Below the pieces are notes generated by a model that worked only from the letters and a program-made list of their open reading frames with translations, had not been told where the DNA came from and did not search any database. From the NCBI GenBank assembly GCA_029259115.1, contig JAPDJO010000018.1:1-64000 (forward strand): a DNA stretch of 64,000 bases. The letters are read 5' to 3'. The translations under genes and the position numbers were made by a program. This document shows, one piece after another, positions 41,292 through 50,344 of the stretch (its first letter is position 1; every line of letters starts with the position of its first letter). The DNA is from Thermoplasmatota archaeon. Its GTDB lineage: Archaea; Thermoplasmatota; E2; DHVEG-1; B18-G2.

Positions 41292-42097
41292 ACAGATATG
41301 GAGTAGTTGGAGTAATAGAAGCTATTTTGCTTGTAGCTTTATTTGCTATCATCTTGGCTACCATCCAACTTACCTATATCCCGAGTCTCATGGAAAACAG
41401 AGAAGCTGAACATATGTCTACTGTTAGCAATCAGTTCTCCCAACTCAAATTAGCTATAGATCTTCATTCGGTAAGCAGATCAAATTTCTCTATAAGTGTT
41501 CCATTAACACTTGGTAGCAGGGAAATACCTTATCTTGTGACAGCAAGATCTCTAGGAGAGGTTTCTATTGTAGAGAATGCTTTCAAGATTTCTGTAAAAA
41601 CAGCTTCAGGCTATAGCAATTTTTCTCTTGGAATAATAAGATATAATGCGAATAATGTCTACTATGTCAGACAGTCATACATTCTTGAATGCGGAGCTGT
41701 TCTATTAAGACAGAGTGGAGGTTATGACTCTATGCTTTCTCCGCCTACATTCTCTGCCAAAAAATCTGGAAACACCATATCTCTAAGCTTGCTGGCAGTT
41801 AATATAAGCAGCTACGCAAACAGAACGACAGAATCTGGATTAGATACAACATATATAAGAACAAATTACTCTTCCATGTCATCCTTTGATTTTCATGATA
41901 TAGAGAGTTTGACCATATACACTTATTATCCTGATCCTTGGTTTAGGTTTCTAAATTACAGCATAGATAACTGCACAGTTACTGAGTATGATAACAGAGT
42001 TGTTGTTGAGCCTGAAAGTGGCTATCAAATGAATCTCCATCTCGATGTAATAAAGATTTATGCCCAGATAGGAAGAGGATGGATAGGTAATTTATAA
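41288..42097 (+). CDS. Minor pilin-like protein
   Basis: MNRYG|VVGVIEAILLVAL, Q..YIP....EAEH and Y.LE.GAV motifs. Confidence 0.75.
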   Translation: MNRYGVVGVIEAILLVALFAIILATIQLTYIPSLMENREAEHMSTVSNQFSQLKLAIDLHSVSRSNFSISVPLTLGSREIPYLVTARSLGEVSIVENAFKISVKTASGYSNFSLGIIRYNANNVYYVRQSYILECGAVLLRQSGGYDSMLSPPTFSAKKSGNTISLSLLAVNISSYANRTTESGLDTTYIRTNYSSMSSFDFHDIESLTIYTYYPDPWFRFLNYSIDNCTVTEYDNRVVVEPESGYQMNLHLDVIKIYAQIGRGWIGNL

Positions 42098-42129
42098 AAA
42101 TAAAAATATGATGTAGAAGAGGAGATCTT

Positions 42130-42912
42130 GTGGAGCCTGAGGTGTATCCTCCAGATACAAAAGAGATTCTACCGAGTGATGTCCTAAAAACAGGTATACC
42201 TGGATTTGATGAACTCTTTTCCATAGGGGGCATACCAAAAGGAAATATAGTTATAGTCGCAGGCGGACCAGGCGTAGGGAAAAGTACATTTTGCAGACAG
42301 ATATGCAACAATCTTGCCTCAAAAAAACACCCCTGTCTCTATGTGAGTTTTGAAGAAAGTGTGGAGAGAATAGAAAAAAGCATGATAAGTTTTGGATGGG
42401 ATGTCGAGAGATACGAGAGAGAAGGAGTATTTGTGATTCAGAAGATGAATCCTCTCGATATACTAAGAATCAAATTTGGATCCATAGGTGGAGGAGAATC
42501 CGCAGCAGAAATAACTGCGAAGATAGAACCAATAACCATACCAAGAGGTTTTAATCCGGAGGTTATAGTTGTAGACTCTTTGACAGCAATAGTAGCAGCT
42601 ACAATAAGCAAAGCTAAAAACTATCGTATATACCTCCAACAGTTGTTTAGCTTCTTTGAAGAAACAAAAGCAACCACATTCTTGATCACAGAGACAGATG
42701 AGATTCCAAAGAGATACAGCTCTACAGGTATAGAGGAGTTTCTTGCTGACGGAATAATAGTTCTCTATAATATACAAAAGGGCAGTGTCAGGGAGAGTGC
42801 GTTAGAAATTGTAAAGATGAGATACACCAGACACGAAAAAAGGATAGTTGCCTTCGAAATCACAGATAAAGGTATAGTTGTCCATCCGAACAGGCAGGTG
42901 TCTATAGATTAG
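42130..42912 (+). CDS. KaiC-like (RAD55/ArlH-related) ATPase
   Basis: TGIPGFDEL, GGPGVGKS, SFEE, VVDSL, EEFLADG and KMR motifs. Confidence 0.9.
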   Translation: MEPEVYPPDTKEILPSDVLKTGIPGFDELFSIGGIPKGNIVIVAGGPGVGKSTFCRQICNNLASKKHPCLYVSFEESVERIEKSMISFGWDVERYEREGVFVIQKMNPLDILRIKFGSIGGGESAAEITAKIEPITIPRGFNPEVIVVDSLTAIVAATISKAKNYRIYLQQLFSFFEETKATTFLITETDEIPKRYSSTGIEEFLADGIIVLYNIQKGSVRESALEIVKMRYTRHEKRIVAFEITDKGIVVHPNRQVSID

Positions 42913-43204
42913 ATAGTTTGCTTAAGAATCTCATTATTTCTTCTTTTCCACAGTCCCTCGAGATTTCTATATCTAAAGGTAAAGTTTTATCATCTCTTCT
43001 AATAAGAGGAACAAAGACCTCTCTTCCATCTGGCATTTTTGTGTGTAAAAGAACTGCATCTATCGATTTCTCCTTTTCCAGTATCTCCATCGCCTCCCTA
43101 TTTGTTCTTGCTGTTGTTACATCGATATTTTCTTCTTCAAGCAGAGATCTAATCTTTTCTAGAATGCTGTTATCCTCATCAACAATCATAACAGATTTTG
43201 TCAT
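42902..43204 (-). CDS. Degenerate (pseudo-)receiver domain protein
   Basis: VMIVDED...A...EA...DAVLLHTKMP; His replaces the phosphoacceptor Asp. Confidence 0.75.
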   Translation of the reverse strand: MTKSVMIVDEDNSILEKIRSLLEEENIDVTTARTNREAMEILEKEKSIDAVLLHTKMPDGREVFVPLIRRDDKTLPLDIEISRDCGKEEIMRFLSKLSNL

Positions 43205-43248
43205 GGATAAACAAAAAGGGGTAAAAGATTATTAAAGTTATGGTAAAA

Positions 43249-43704
43249 CTATAAGACCTTTATCTGGAGAGTATCCTGAGCCGTCGGCGCAAATCCTGCG
43301 CCTTCCCAGACTATTATCAGATAATCTCCTCTCTTTACACCTCTGAATGTGAAGCTAAACGAACCTGTTCCAAAGTCACTCTTAGATTGGCGATGCTTGA
43401 TTTCCCCTGTTCTGAGATCCTTGATTAAACATTCTAACAAGTTGATATTCTGTGCATACCCTCTAACATAAAGTGTAGAACCTATTATCACCGTCTTTCC
43501 GTAGGGTAATATGGGTCTCCCAAATATGTGGAGCCATCCTCTTCTCGGCATAGTGATTCTTATCTCGCTACCCGAGAATGATTCTATACTATCGTCTTTC
43601 TTATCTTGAACATCTCTTCTGATTTCTACAGCATTGGACAATATAGGCAGTAGTATCACTATAGCTATGGAAATGGCAAACACGGGGATTATCTTTCTTT
43701 TCAT
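43249..43704 (-). CDS. Secreted hypothetical protein (same Ig-like family as 891..1409)
   Basis: Signal peptide; ITMPRRGWLHIFGRPILPYGKTVIIG...GDYLI.V...D...KVL. Confidence 0.75.
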   Translation of the reverse strand: MKRKIIPVFAISIAIVILLPILSNAVEIRRDVQDKKDDSIESFSGSEIRITMPRRGWLHIFGRPILPYGKTVIIGSTLYVRGYAQNINLLECLIKDLRTGEIKHRQSKSDFGTGSFSFTFRGVKRGDYLIIVWEGAGFAPTAQDTLQIKVL

Positions 43705-43743
43705 TCTCTCACCTTTTAATTCTTTTCAACACATAATAAATTT

Positions 43744-43971
43744 CTATATAAATACGAATGGATCGCTCTGCGCGTGCAATCTCTTTCCACCTTTATCCTC
43801 TATCTCCTTCTCCATCGCTTTTAGTTGCTTTTGACCCAAACCTGTTCTTGTATATATTAAGCGGTCATTCTCATAAACAGTTATACTACCTTTTGTATAA
43901 TCGATTACCGCTTTCATCAGATTTTTTCCATCTTGAAGCCAAACCCATATGTGTATCCCTGGTTTCAACAT
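43744..43971 (-). CDS. Small hypothetical protein
   Basis: 75-aa ORF from MLKPGIH that fills the gap between genes. Confidence 0.6.
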   Translation of the reverse strand: MLKPGIHIWVWLQDGKNLMKAVIDYTKGSITVYENDRLIYTRTGLGQKQLKAMEKEIEDKGGKRLHAQSDPFVFI

Positions 43972-44065
43972 ATTATCAAGTAAAATTCTATTAATTTGAA
44001 TTAATAAATATTTGTGGACAACTCTTATCCAAAACAATAAAAATGATTCACTCTTTCCCGTATCG

Positions 44066-44557
44066 ATGAGATTCAGAGGTTATAAACCTCCAAAGGAGTT
44101 GAGGGTTTTGTTTATTGTACATTACGCTCCTCTGCTCCTGATTATACTAATAGGTCCTTTAACACCTATATGCAAATTCTGGTATCACTACGATCTTTGG
44201 GAGATCCCTCTTCCTATGCTACCAACGATAATTGTAGGTCTTCTAATATTTCTAGGAGGAGCAATATTCTTTATGAAGTGGGAGATGTTCTGGGATAAGA
44301 CTTACAAAGGTCAGCTGGTAACAGATGGTTTTTTTAAATACATAAGGCACCCTCATTATTCCTCTTTACTCATCATAGGCTTAGGTTTAGCTCTCTTTTT
44401 CTACTCTATCGCTGCGCTAGCAATTGCTCTGATTGCATTTCCAATAATGGCGTGGAGCGTAATAGATGAGGAAAAAAGATTATTGAAACAGTATGGTAAA
44501 GAATATGAAGAATATATGAAGAAGGTAAAATGGAGGCTCATACCAGGGATATTTTGA
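44066..44557 (+). CDS. Isoprenylcysteine carboxyl methyltransferase/PEMT-family membrane protein
   Basis: LVTDGFFKYIRHPHY and EEKRL...YG.EY.EY.K.V motifs. Confidence 0.9.
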   Translation: MRFRGYKPPKELRVLFIVHYAPLLLIILIGPLTPICKFWYHYDLWEIPLPMLPTIIVGLLIFLGGAIFFMKWEMFWDKTYKGQLVTDGFFKYIRHPHYSSLLIIGLGLALFFYSIAALAIALIAFPIMAWSVIDEEKRLLKQYGKEYEEYMKKVKWRLIPGIF

Positions 44558-45564
44558 TAGACGAACTTGCAAGAAAGAAGGCGGAGCTCATATCTTACGG
44601 CTCCATAGAGATACCGAGATCTCTTCTCTCCAAGCTATCTGTAGAGAGATCGAAGTCTGGTCCATCTTCTGGAAAGTCTATGGTTGGTTTTGAATTTGGA
44701 GGGAAAAGAGTTAAGTTGGAAGCATCGAGGAAAAACGAGAGATTTGACTTGGTCGAAGTTGATGGGAGATTCATTATAAGAGATAGAGGAAAAAATTTCC
44801 TTGAGGTTAGACCATTAGATGTCTCAACGCATGCCCCAGATCAAATCTTTATATCTCTAGAAAATAGATGCATCTATAATTGTCTCTTTTGTAAGAAAAG
44901 CAGTATAAAGATAGATGATGATAGATTGTTGAATTTTGTGAAAAGAATCATGGATAGTAAAGGTATAAGATCTGTGGCTATAACATCTGGAGCTTATCCC
45001 TCGGTAAAAAAGCAGATCGACAGGATAGAGAAATTCACTAAAATGTTAAAAGAAAGTTATGATGATATATCTATTGGTGTTGAGCCTCTAGTCGAATCCA
45101 AAGAAGATGTCTCTAGATTAAGATCTGCTGGAGCAGATGAGATAAAGATAAATATCCAGTTTCCAAGAAAGGATCTCTTTGATAAGATCTGTGGCTATAT
45201 GGATCATGAGAGGATCTTCGATCTTCTGGATCATGCAGTAAACGAGTTTGGAAAAGGTAAAGTTACAAGCAATGTGATCTTTGGGATTGGAGAGAGAGAT
45301 GAAGATATCGAGTATGCTATTGAAAGATTGACTGACAAAGGAGTGGTGCCGAATCTGAGATTGATAAGGCTATATCCGGAAACAAAGAAACGCTTAGAGA
45401 GTAGACTTGGTTACAAGATAGAAAAAACCGCTCCATCTCGGATATTAAAACTTGCTATTATTCATAAGAGAATACTCGAAAGGAAAGACCTAACAACTAG
45501 GAGCTTCAAGACCATGTGTTTTGCATGTGGATGTTGTGATATTATACCATTCTGGGATGTGTAA
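44530..45564 (+). CDS. Biotin-synthase-related radical SAM protein (COG2516-like)
   Basis: CIYNCLFC, AITSG, GIGE and C-terminal CFACGCC. Start uncertain. Confidence 0.8.
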   Translation: MEAHTRDILIDELARKKAELISYGSIEIPRSLLSKLSVERSKSGPSSGKSMVGFEFGGKRVKLEASRKNERFDLVEVDGRFIIRDRGKNFLEVRPLDVSTHAPDQIFISLENRCIYNCLFCKKSSIKIDDDRLLNFVKRIMDSKGIRSVAITSGAYPSVKKQIDRIEKFTKMLKESYDDISIGVEPLVESKEDVSRLRSAGADEIKINIQFPRKDLFDKICGYMDHERIFDLLDHAVNEFGKGKVTSNVIFGIGERDEDIEYAIERLTDKGVVPNLRLIRLYPETKKRLESRLGYKIEKTAPSRILKLAIIHKRILERKDLTTRSFKTMCFACGCCDIIPFWDV

Positions 45565-45623
45565 ATCTGCATACCAGCACTGCTTAACTGGAGGAATAAC
45601 GATAGATTACCAAAAGATATTGA

Positions 45624-45734
45624 CTAATTGGATTTTGCTATCTCTCTAGCTCTCTTGCCAACAATAAATAATCTCGCTATAAACTCAATCTCTCTAGCCT
45701 CGTTTTTGTTGTGGACATTTCCTACTATGATCAT
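45624..45734 (-). CDS. Possible 36-aa small ORF or gene remnant
   Basis: MIIVGNVHNKNEAREIEFIARLFIVGKRAREIAKSN, with TTTAAA about 25 nt upstream. Confidence 0.25.
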   Translation of the reverse strand: MIIVGNVHNKNEAREIEFIARLFIVGKRAREIAKSN

Positions 45735-45784
45735 CGGTATTATTTTTGTATTGAGAATTTAAAGGAATTGTTGTACAACTCTTG

Positions 45785-46513
45785 TCACGCTACAGGCAAT
45801 CTTTCAAGTGCTATCTTTATCCTGGTCTTTGATAGGGATCTTACATTTACGTATACCATCTTATCTTGATAGCCAGGCGCACTCACATGTATCATATACA
45901 TGCCTGGTTTCACTCTAGCCCTGAACATTCCCTTGTTAATCAATGGTATCCTACCCGTAGTCAGATTTATCATCGTAGAGTTTGATGGATCATCATCATA
46001 GTTTACAGATACAACAGTAACATTTGCTTTCTCCACCTTCTTGCCAGTTGAGTTATCTATTACGCTACCTATCAACTTCCCTTTGAACTCAAATATCTTT
46101 GGTATAAGATTCAGGAAGGTTACGTTTAGAGTATCTTTGTCTAGGAGCTTCCATTTAGAAGAGTAGAGCCTGACCTCTATTACATGTGTGCCATAGATTC
46201 TCTCATTCATCCTGTACACATATGGAGGGTGGCTATCTATGAACAAAGTCTCGTTGTCTATGAGAAAAGCTACCCTACAGCTTGCACAGTTATCTACTAT
46301 AGCTTTAACAGTCAAAGGTCCTATCACGATCGTCCTATTTCTCAATGACGGAAACTCCTTATCATTTATGTAGAGCTTTCCAGGCTCTGGTCTTTCCATC
46401 CTTATGACTGGAAAATGATCAACATGGTATGCGAAGCTCGCAAGTTCTAGACAACTCAATAGCACCAATATTCCTACGACTGTCCCAACAATCCTCCTCA
46501 TACTATCAAACAT
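45785..46513 (-). CDS. Secreted protein: Ig-like domain + carboxypeptidase-regulatory-like domain
   Basis: Signal peptide; RPEPGKLYIN...TIVIG and G.V.D..TG...A.V...G.Y...VSAPGY. Confidence 0.75.
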   Translation of the reverse strand: MFDSMRRIVGTVVGILVLLSCLELASFAYHVDHFPVIRMERPEPGKLYINDKEFPSLRNRTIVIGPLTVKAIVDNCASCRVAFLIDNETLFIDSHPPYVYRMNERIYGTHVIEVRLYSSKWKLLDKDTLNVTFLNLIPKIFEFKGKLIGSVIDNSTGKKVEKANVTVVSVNYDDDPSNSTMINLTTGRIPLINKGMFRARVKPGMYMIHVSAPGYQDKMVYVNVRSLSKTRIKIALERLPVA

Positions 46514-46571
46514 TAAATCAAAATACGTATTATAAAATTTTTCAAAATATTAAATTCCAGCAGAGGTAACC

Positions 46572-46579
46572 TTTATATA
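46572..46579 (+). promoter_or_regulatory. TATA box of the S10-spc operon
   Basis: TTTATATA preceded by a purine-rich BRE-like sequence, about 25 nt before the structured leader. Confidence 0.6.
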
Positions 46580-46606
46580 CAGTTTTTTATATCCTCCCCT
46601 AACAGT

Positions 46607-46693
46607 TTCCTTTACCAGACCCTTTGGGATAAGATATCCCACCGGCAGGCGATCGAAGTTTTGATTGCCTGCCGAAGGGTCACGGTAGAGGAA
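46607..46693 (+). ncRNA. Structured 5' leader (candidate r-leader) of the rpl3 operon
   Basis: Four nested helices: 46607-16/46684-93, 46618-24/46675-81, 46625-31/46635-41 and 46643-54/46663-74. Confidence 0.65.
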
Positions 46694-46710
46694 GGAGAGG
46701 TAGATATCCT

Positions 46711-47700
46711 ATGCCAAAATATCACAGGCCAAGAAGAGGTTCCCTTGCGTATTCACCGAGAAAGAGAGCTAGATCGGAAGTACCGCATATCAAAAGCTGG
46801 CCAGAAGGAGGAGACAAACCAAAGGTTCAGGGATTCGCAGGATATAAGGCTGGAATGACGCATGTATTCGTAGTCGATTACAGACCAACATCCACAACCT
46901 CGGGGAAAGAGGTTATGGTTCCAGTTACGGTAGTAGAGACTCCTCCAATGAAGGTATGTGCGGTTAGAGCATATAAAGAAACGCCCTATGGATTACAAAC
47001 TTTAACAGAAGTATGGACAGATAATTTAGATAAAGAATTAGAAAGAAGAATACCGATGCCAAAGAAGTTCAACCAGGATTGGGATAAGTTTAATGGATGT
47101 GCTGATGTTAGGATTCTTGCTTACACTCAACCCAGGCTCGTTCCTTCTATTCCAAAGAAGAAGCCTGAGATAATGGAGATAAGGATAGGTGGAGGAACAA
47201 TAGAAGAGAGAATAGAGTATGCAAAATCTCTACTTGGTAAGGAGCTAAACGTGAAAGATGTAATAAAAGAGGGGGACATGATTGATGTAGTTGCAGTAAC
47301 AAAGGGCAAAGGTTTTCAAGGTCACGTTAAGAGATGGGGTGTAAAACTTTTATCTCACAAAAACTCGAAGCACAGAAGGATGATAGGTACCGCAGGCTCT
47401 TGGCATCCCAGCTTTATACAACCAACAGTACCCCAAGCTGGTCAGATGGGATATCATCAAAGGACAGAGTTTAACAAGAGGATTCTCAAGATAGGAGATA
47501 ATGGCGAAGAGATCACGCCAGCCGGAGGATTTCCTCACTATGGGATTGTAAGGAATCAGTATGTGATAATCCATGGCTCTATACCTGGTCCAGTTAAGAG
47601 ATTGGTAAGATTTAGAGATGCTATTAGATATTTGAAGGGAGTAAAGGTAGAGAAACCTGAAATAACCTATATATCTACGATGAGTAAACAGGGTGTATAG
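46711..47700 (+). CDS. rpl3: 50S ribosomal protein uL3
   Basis: PRRGSLAYSPRKRA, GYKAGMTH and GQMGYHQRTE motifs. Confidence 0.99.
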   Translation: MPKYHRPRRGSLAYSPRKRARSEVPHIKSWPEGGDKPKVQGFAGYKAGMTHVFVVDYRPTSTTSGKEVMVPVTVVETPPMKVCAVRAYKETPYGLQTLTEVWTDNLDKELERRIPMPKKFNQDWDKFNGCADVRILAYTQPRLVPSIPKKKPEIMEIRIGGGTIEERIEYAKSLLGKELNVKDVIKEGDMIDVVAVTKGKGFQGHVKRWGVKLLSHKNSKHRRMIGTAGSWHPSFIQPTVPQAGQMGYHQRTEFNKRILKIGDNGEEITPAGGFPHYGIVRNQYVIIHGSIPGPVKRLVRFRDAIRYLKGVKVEKPEITYISTMSKQGV

Positions 47701-47702
47701 AG

Positions 47703-48461
47703 ATGAAAGTCAATGTCTATGATCTGGATGGTAATGTAAAAAACAAGACCGAACTTCCAGAGATATTTGAAACTCCGTATAGGCCTGATGTTATCAAGAA
47801 AGCCTTCTGGATAGCGATGTCCAATAAAAGACAACCATATGGAGCCGATCCTTTAGCGGGAAAAAGACATGCATGCGAGTGGCCTGGCAAAGGCAGAGGG
47901 ATGGCAAGGATACCAAGATTGAATGGAGGTGTAGGTAGAGCTGTTCAAGCTCCTAACACTGTAGGAGGTAGAAGGGCTCATCCTCCAAAAGCTGAAAAGA
48001 ACTGGAAAGAAAAGATAAATAAGAAGGAAAGGAGACTAGCTATACTATCCGGTATAGCCTGCACCAAAGATGTAGAGTTAGTTAAGGCTAGGGGTCATAG
48101 GTTTGATGAGAAGATAACCTTACCTGTTGTTGTGGATGATAAGTTTAAGGATCTATCAAAAACCAAAGATGTCATAGAGGTTCTAGAGAAGATAGGAGTA
48201 TACGATGATATCATAAGGGCAAAGAATGGTAAGAAGATAAGAGCTGGAAAGGGAAAGAGAAGAGGGAGAAAATATAGAGTGCCAAAATCCCTTCTTATAG
48301 TCTCTCAAGAGGGAAATATCCATAAGAGTGCAAGAAACTTGCCAGGCGTAGATGTTGTTGAACCCTCTCAGCTCAACATAATGCACCTTGCTCCAGGAGG
48401 TGTGGCTGGAAGATTAATGATTATAACCGAAACAGCTTTGAAGATGTTGGGAGGTAGTTAG
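47703..48461 (+). CDS. rpl4: 50S ribosomal protein uL4
   Basis: GGRRAHPP, RAGKGK and HLAPGG motifs. Confidence 0.98.
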   Translation: MKVNVYDLDGNVKNKTELPEIFETPYRPDVIKKAFWIAMSNKRQPYGADPLAGKRHACEWPGKGRGMARIPRLNGGVGRAVQAPNTVGGRRAHPPKAEKNWKEKINKKERRLAILSGIACTKDVELVKARGHRFDEKITLPVVVDDKFKDLSKTKDVIEVLEKIGVYDDIIRAKNGKKIRAGKGKRRGRKYRVPKSLLIVSQEGNIHKSARNLPGVDVVEPSQLNIMHLAPGGVAGRLMIITETALKMLGGS

Positions 48462-48463
48462 CC

Positions 48464-48730
48464 ATGCTCTCCATAGATCCTTACGAGATAATACTTCATC
48501 CATACGTCACTGAGAAGACCCTCGAGGCTATAGAGAAGAATAACACCTTGGAATTTATAGTTAATATCAAGGCCAACAAACAACAGATTAAGGAAGCTGT
48601 TGAGAAAGCTTTCAATGTAAAAGTGGAATCCGTAAACACTAAGATAACGAAGAGAGGAAAACATGCCATGGTTAAGCTCAAGCCAGAGTATAGTGCAGAA
48701 GAGGTTGGAATGAGGATAGGTATATTCTGA
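48464..48730 (+). CDS. rpl23: 50S ribosomal protein uL23
   Basis: P.VTEK, NNTLEF and VNT motifs. Confidence 0.97.
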   Translation: MLSIDPYEIILHPYVTEKTLEAIEKNNTLEFIVNIKANKQQIKEAVEKAFNVKVESVNTKITKRGKHAMVKLKPEYSAEEVGMRIGIF

Positions 48731-48738
48731 GGGAGATT

Positions 48739-49443
48739 ATGGGTAAAAGGATATTGTCTCAGAGGAGAGGAAGGGGAACATCAAAATTCAAGATACCCTC
48801 TCATAGATATCTTGGAGAGATAAAGTATCCATATGATAAAGAATTTGAAGGAGTTGTGGAAGACATAGTAAGAGATGCGATTCATTCTGCTCCGATAGCG
48901 GTTGTGAGGTCACAAGAGGGTAAAAGCTTGATGTTTTTAGCTGCTGAAGGGATAAAGGTTGGAGACAAGATCAAGATCACAGACAGCGAGATAGCTATTG
49001 GAAATGTTTTGCCCATAGGAAAGATACCGGAAGGTTATCCAGTATATAATATAGAGATGGAACCCGGAGACGGGGGTAAACTTGTGAGGGCTGCAGGATC
49101 ATATGCTACCATAGTATCTCATACTGGAGACAAAACCGTCATTCAGCTCCCATCTGGTGCATTTAAAACTCTATCATCGCAATGCAGAGCTACAATAGGC
49201 ATACCCGCTGGTGGTGGAAGAGGAGAAAAGCCTTTCGTTAAAGCTGGAAAGAAGTACCATTATGCAAGAGCTAGAGGGAAGGTCTATCCTCTCGTTAGAG
49301 GTGTAGCTATGAATCCTGTTTCGCATCCTCATGGAGGAGGATCTCACCAGCATGTTGGTAGACCATCTACAGTTAGCAAGAATGCGCCTCCAGGGAGAAA
49401 GGTAGGATCTATTGGAGCTAGGAGAACTGGTAGGAGGAGATAG
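48739..49443 (+). CDS. rpl2: 50S ribosomal protein uL2
   Basis: MGKRI..QRRG and [14 protein letters not shown] motifs. Confidence 0.99.
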   Translation: MGKRILSQRRGRGTSKFKIPSHRYLGEIKYPYDKEFEGVVEDIVRDAIHSAPIAVVRSQEGKSLMFLAAEGIKVGDKIKITDSEIAIGNVLPIGKIPEGYPVYNIEMEPGDGGKLVRAAGSYATIVSHTGDKTVIQLPSGAFKTLSSQCRATIGIPAGGGRGEKPFVKAGKKYHYARARGKVYPLVRGVAMNPVSHPHGGGSHQHVGRPSTVSKNAPPGRKVGSIGARRTGRRR

Positions 49444-49445
49444 AG

Positions 49446-49889
49446 ATGGCAGAGGAAAGATTATCTAGGAGACAGAGGAAGAGGAAAAAGAAGACCGAGA
49501 TCGTAGGAAGAGAGTTCAGATACAGAGGTAAAACACTTGAAGAACTGAGAGAGATGAGACTGGAAGAGTTAATAGAACTCCTACCAGCTAGAGCGAGAAG
49601 AACATTGAAGAGAGGTTTAACAAGGGTACAGTACAAACTTTTAAAAGATGTTGAAAAGGCAAAGGAGGGAGAGGTAGTAAAAACCCATTGCAGAAATATG
49701 ATCATTCTTCCATCCTTTGTAGGAAAAACAATAGGTGTTCACAATGGGAAGGAGTTTGTACCCGTAACTATTCAACCCGAGATGATAGGTCATTATCTTG
49801 GAGAATTTGCATTGACAAGGAAGAGAGTGAAACACTCTGGACCTGGAGTTGGAGCTACTAGAAGTAGTAAATACATGCCTCTGAAGTGA
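49446..49889 (+). CDS. rps19: 30S ribosomal protein uS19
   Basis: MIGHYLGEF and GVGATRSS motifs. Confidence 0.98.
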   Translation: MAEERLSRRQRKRKKKTEIVGREFRYRGKTLEELREMRLEELIELLPARARRTLKRGLTRVQYKLLKDVEKAKEGEVVKTHCRNMIILPSFVGKTIGVHNGKEFVPVTIQPEMIGHYLGEFALTRKRVKHSGPGVGATRSSKYMPLK

Positions 49890-50344
49890 TGAATATGAGA
49901 AGGTACTCTGTAAAGGATTTAAACCCTGAAAAAACCGCAAAAGCCTATGGCTACGAGCTGAGATGCTCACCAAAGCATTCCATGAACATAGCCAGAGCCA
50001 TAAAGGGAATGAAGGTACCCGATGCCAAAAAATATCTGGAAGAAGTCATAAAGATGAAGAGAGCCGTCCCCTTCTTTACCCACAGAAGAAAGATGGGTCA
50101 CAGAAGAGGCATGTGTTCTGGAGCATATCCACAAAAGGCTGCAAGATTCATTTTGAGAGTGCTAGAAAATGCTGAAAACAATGCTGAATATAAGGGCTTA
50201 GATCCAAACAACATGATAATATCTCATATATCAGCTTATAAAGGTAGGGAGATCGAAGGTATAATGCCCAGAGCATATGGTAGAGCAACGCAAAAAAATG
50301 AACAGACAACAAACATAGAGATTGTACTCGAGGAGGTGGAGTGA
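49886..50344 (+). CDS. rpl22: 50S ribosomal protein uL22
   Basis: AVPF, YPQKA, NAE.KGL and PRAYGR motifs. Confidence 0.98.
   Translation: MMNMRRYSVKDLNPEKTAKAYGYELRCSPKHSMNIARAIKGMKVPDAKKYLEEVIKMKRAVPFFTHRRKMGHRRGMCSGAYPQKAARFILRVLENAENNAEYKGLDPNNMIISHISAYKGREIEGIMPRAYGRATQKNEQTTNIEIVLEEVE

Noticed and set aside
46661-46858. 65-aa ORF overlapping the rpl3 start as a leader peptide
   Set aside because: TTG start inside a stem with no RBS, and out of frame within rpl3. The RNA structure explains the region better.
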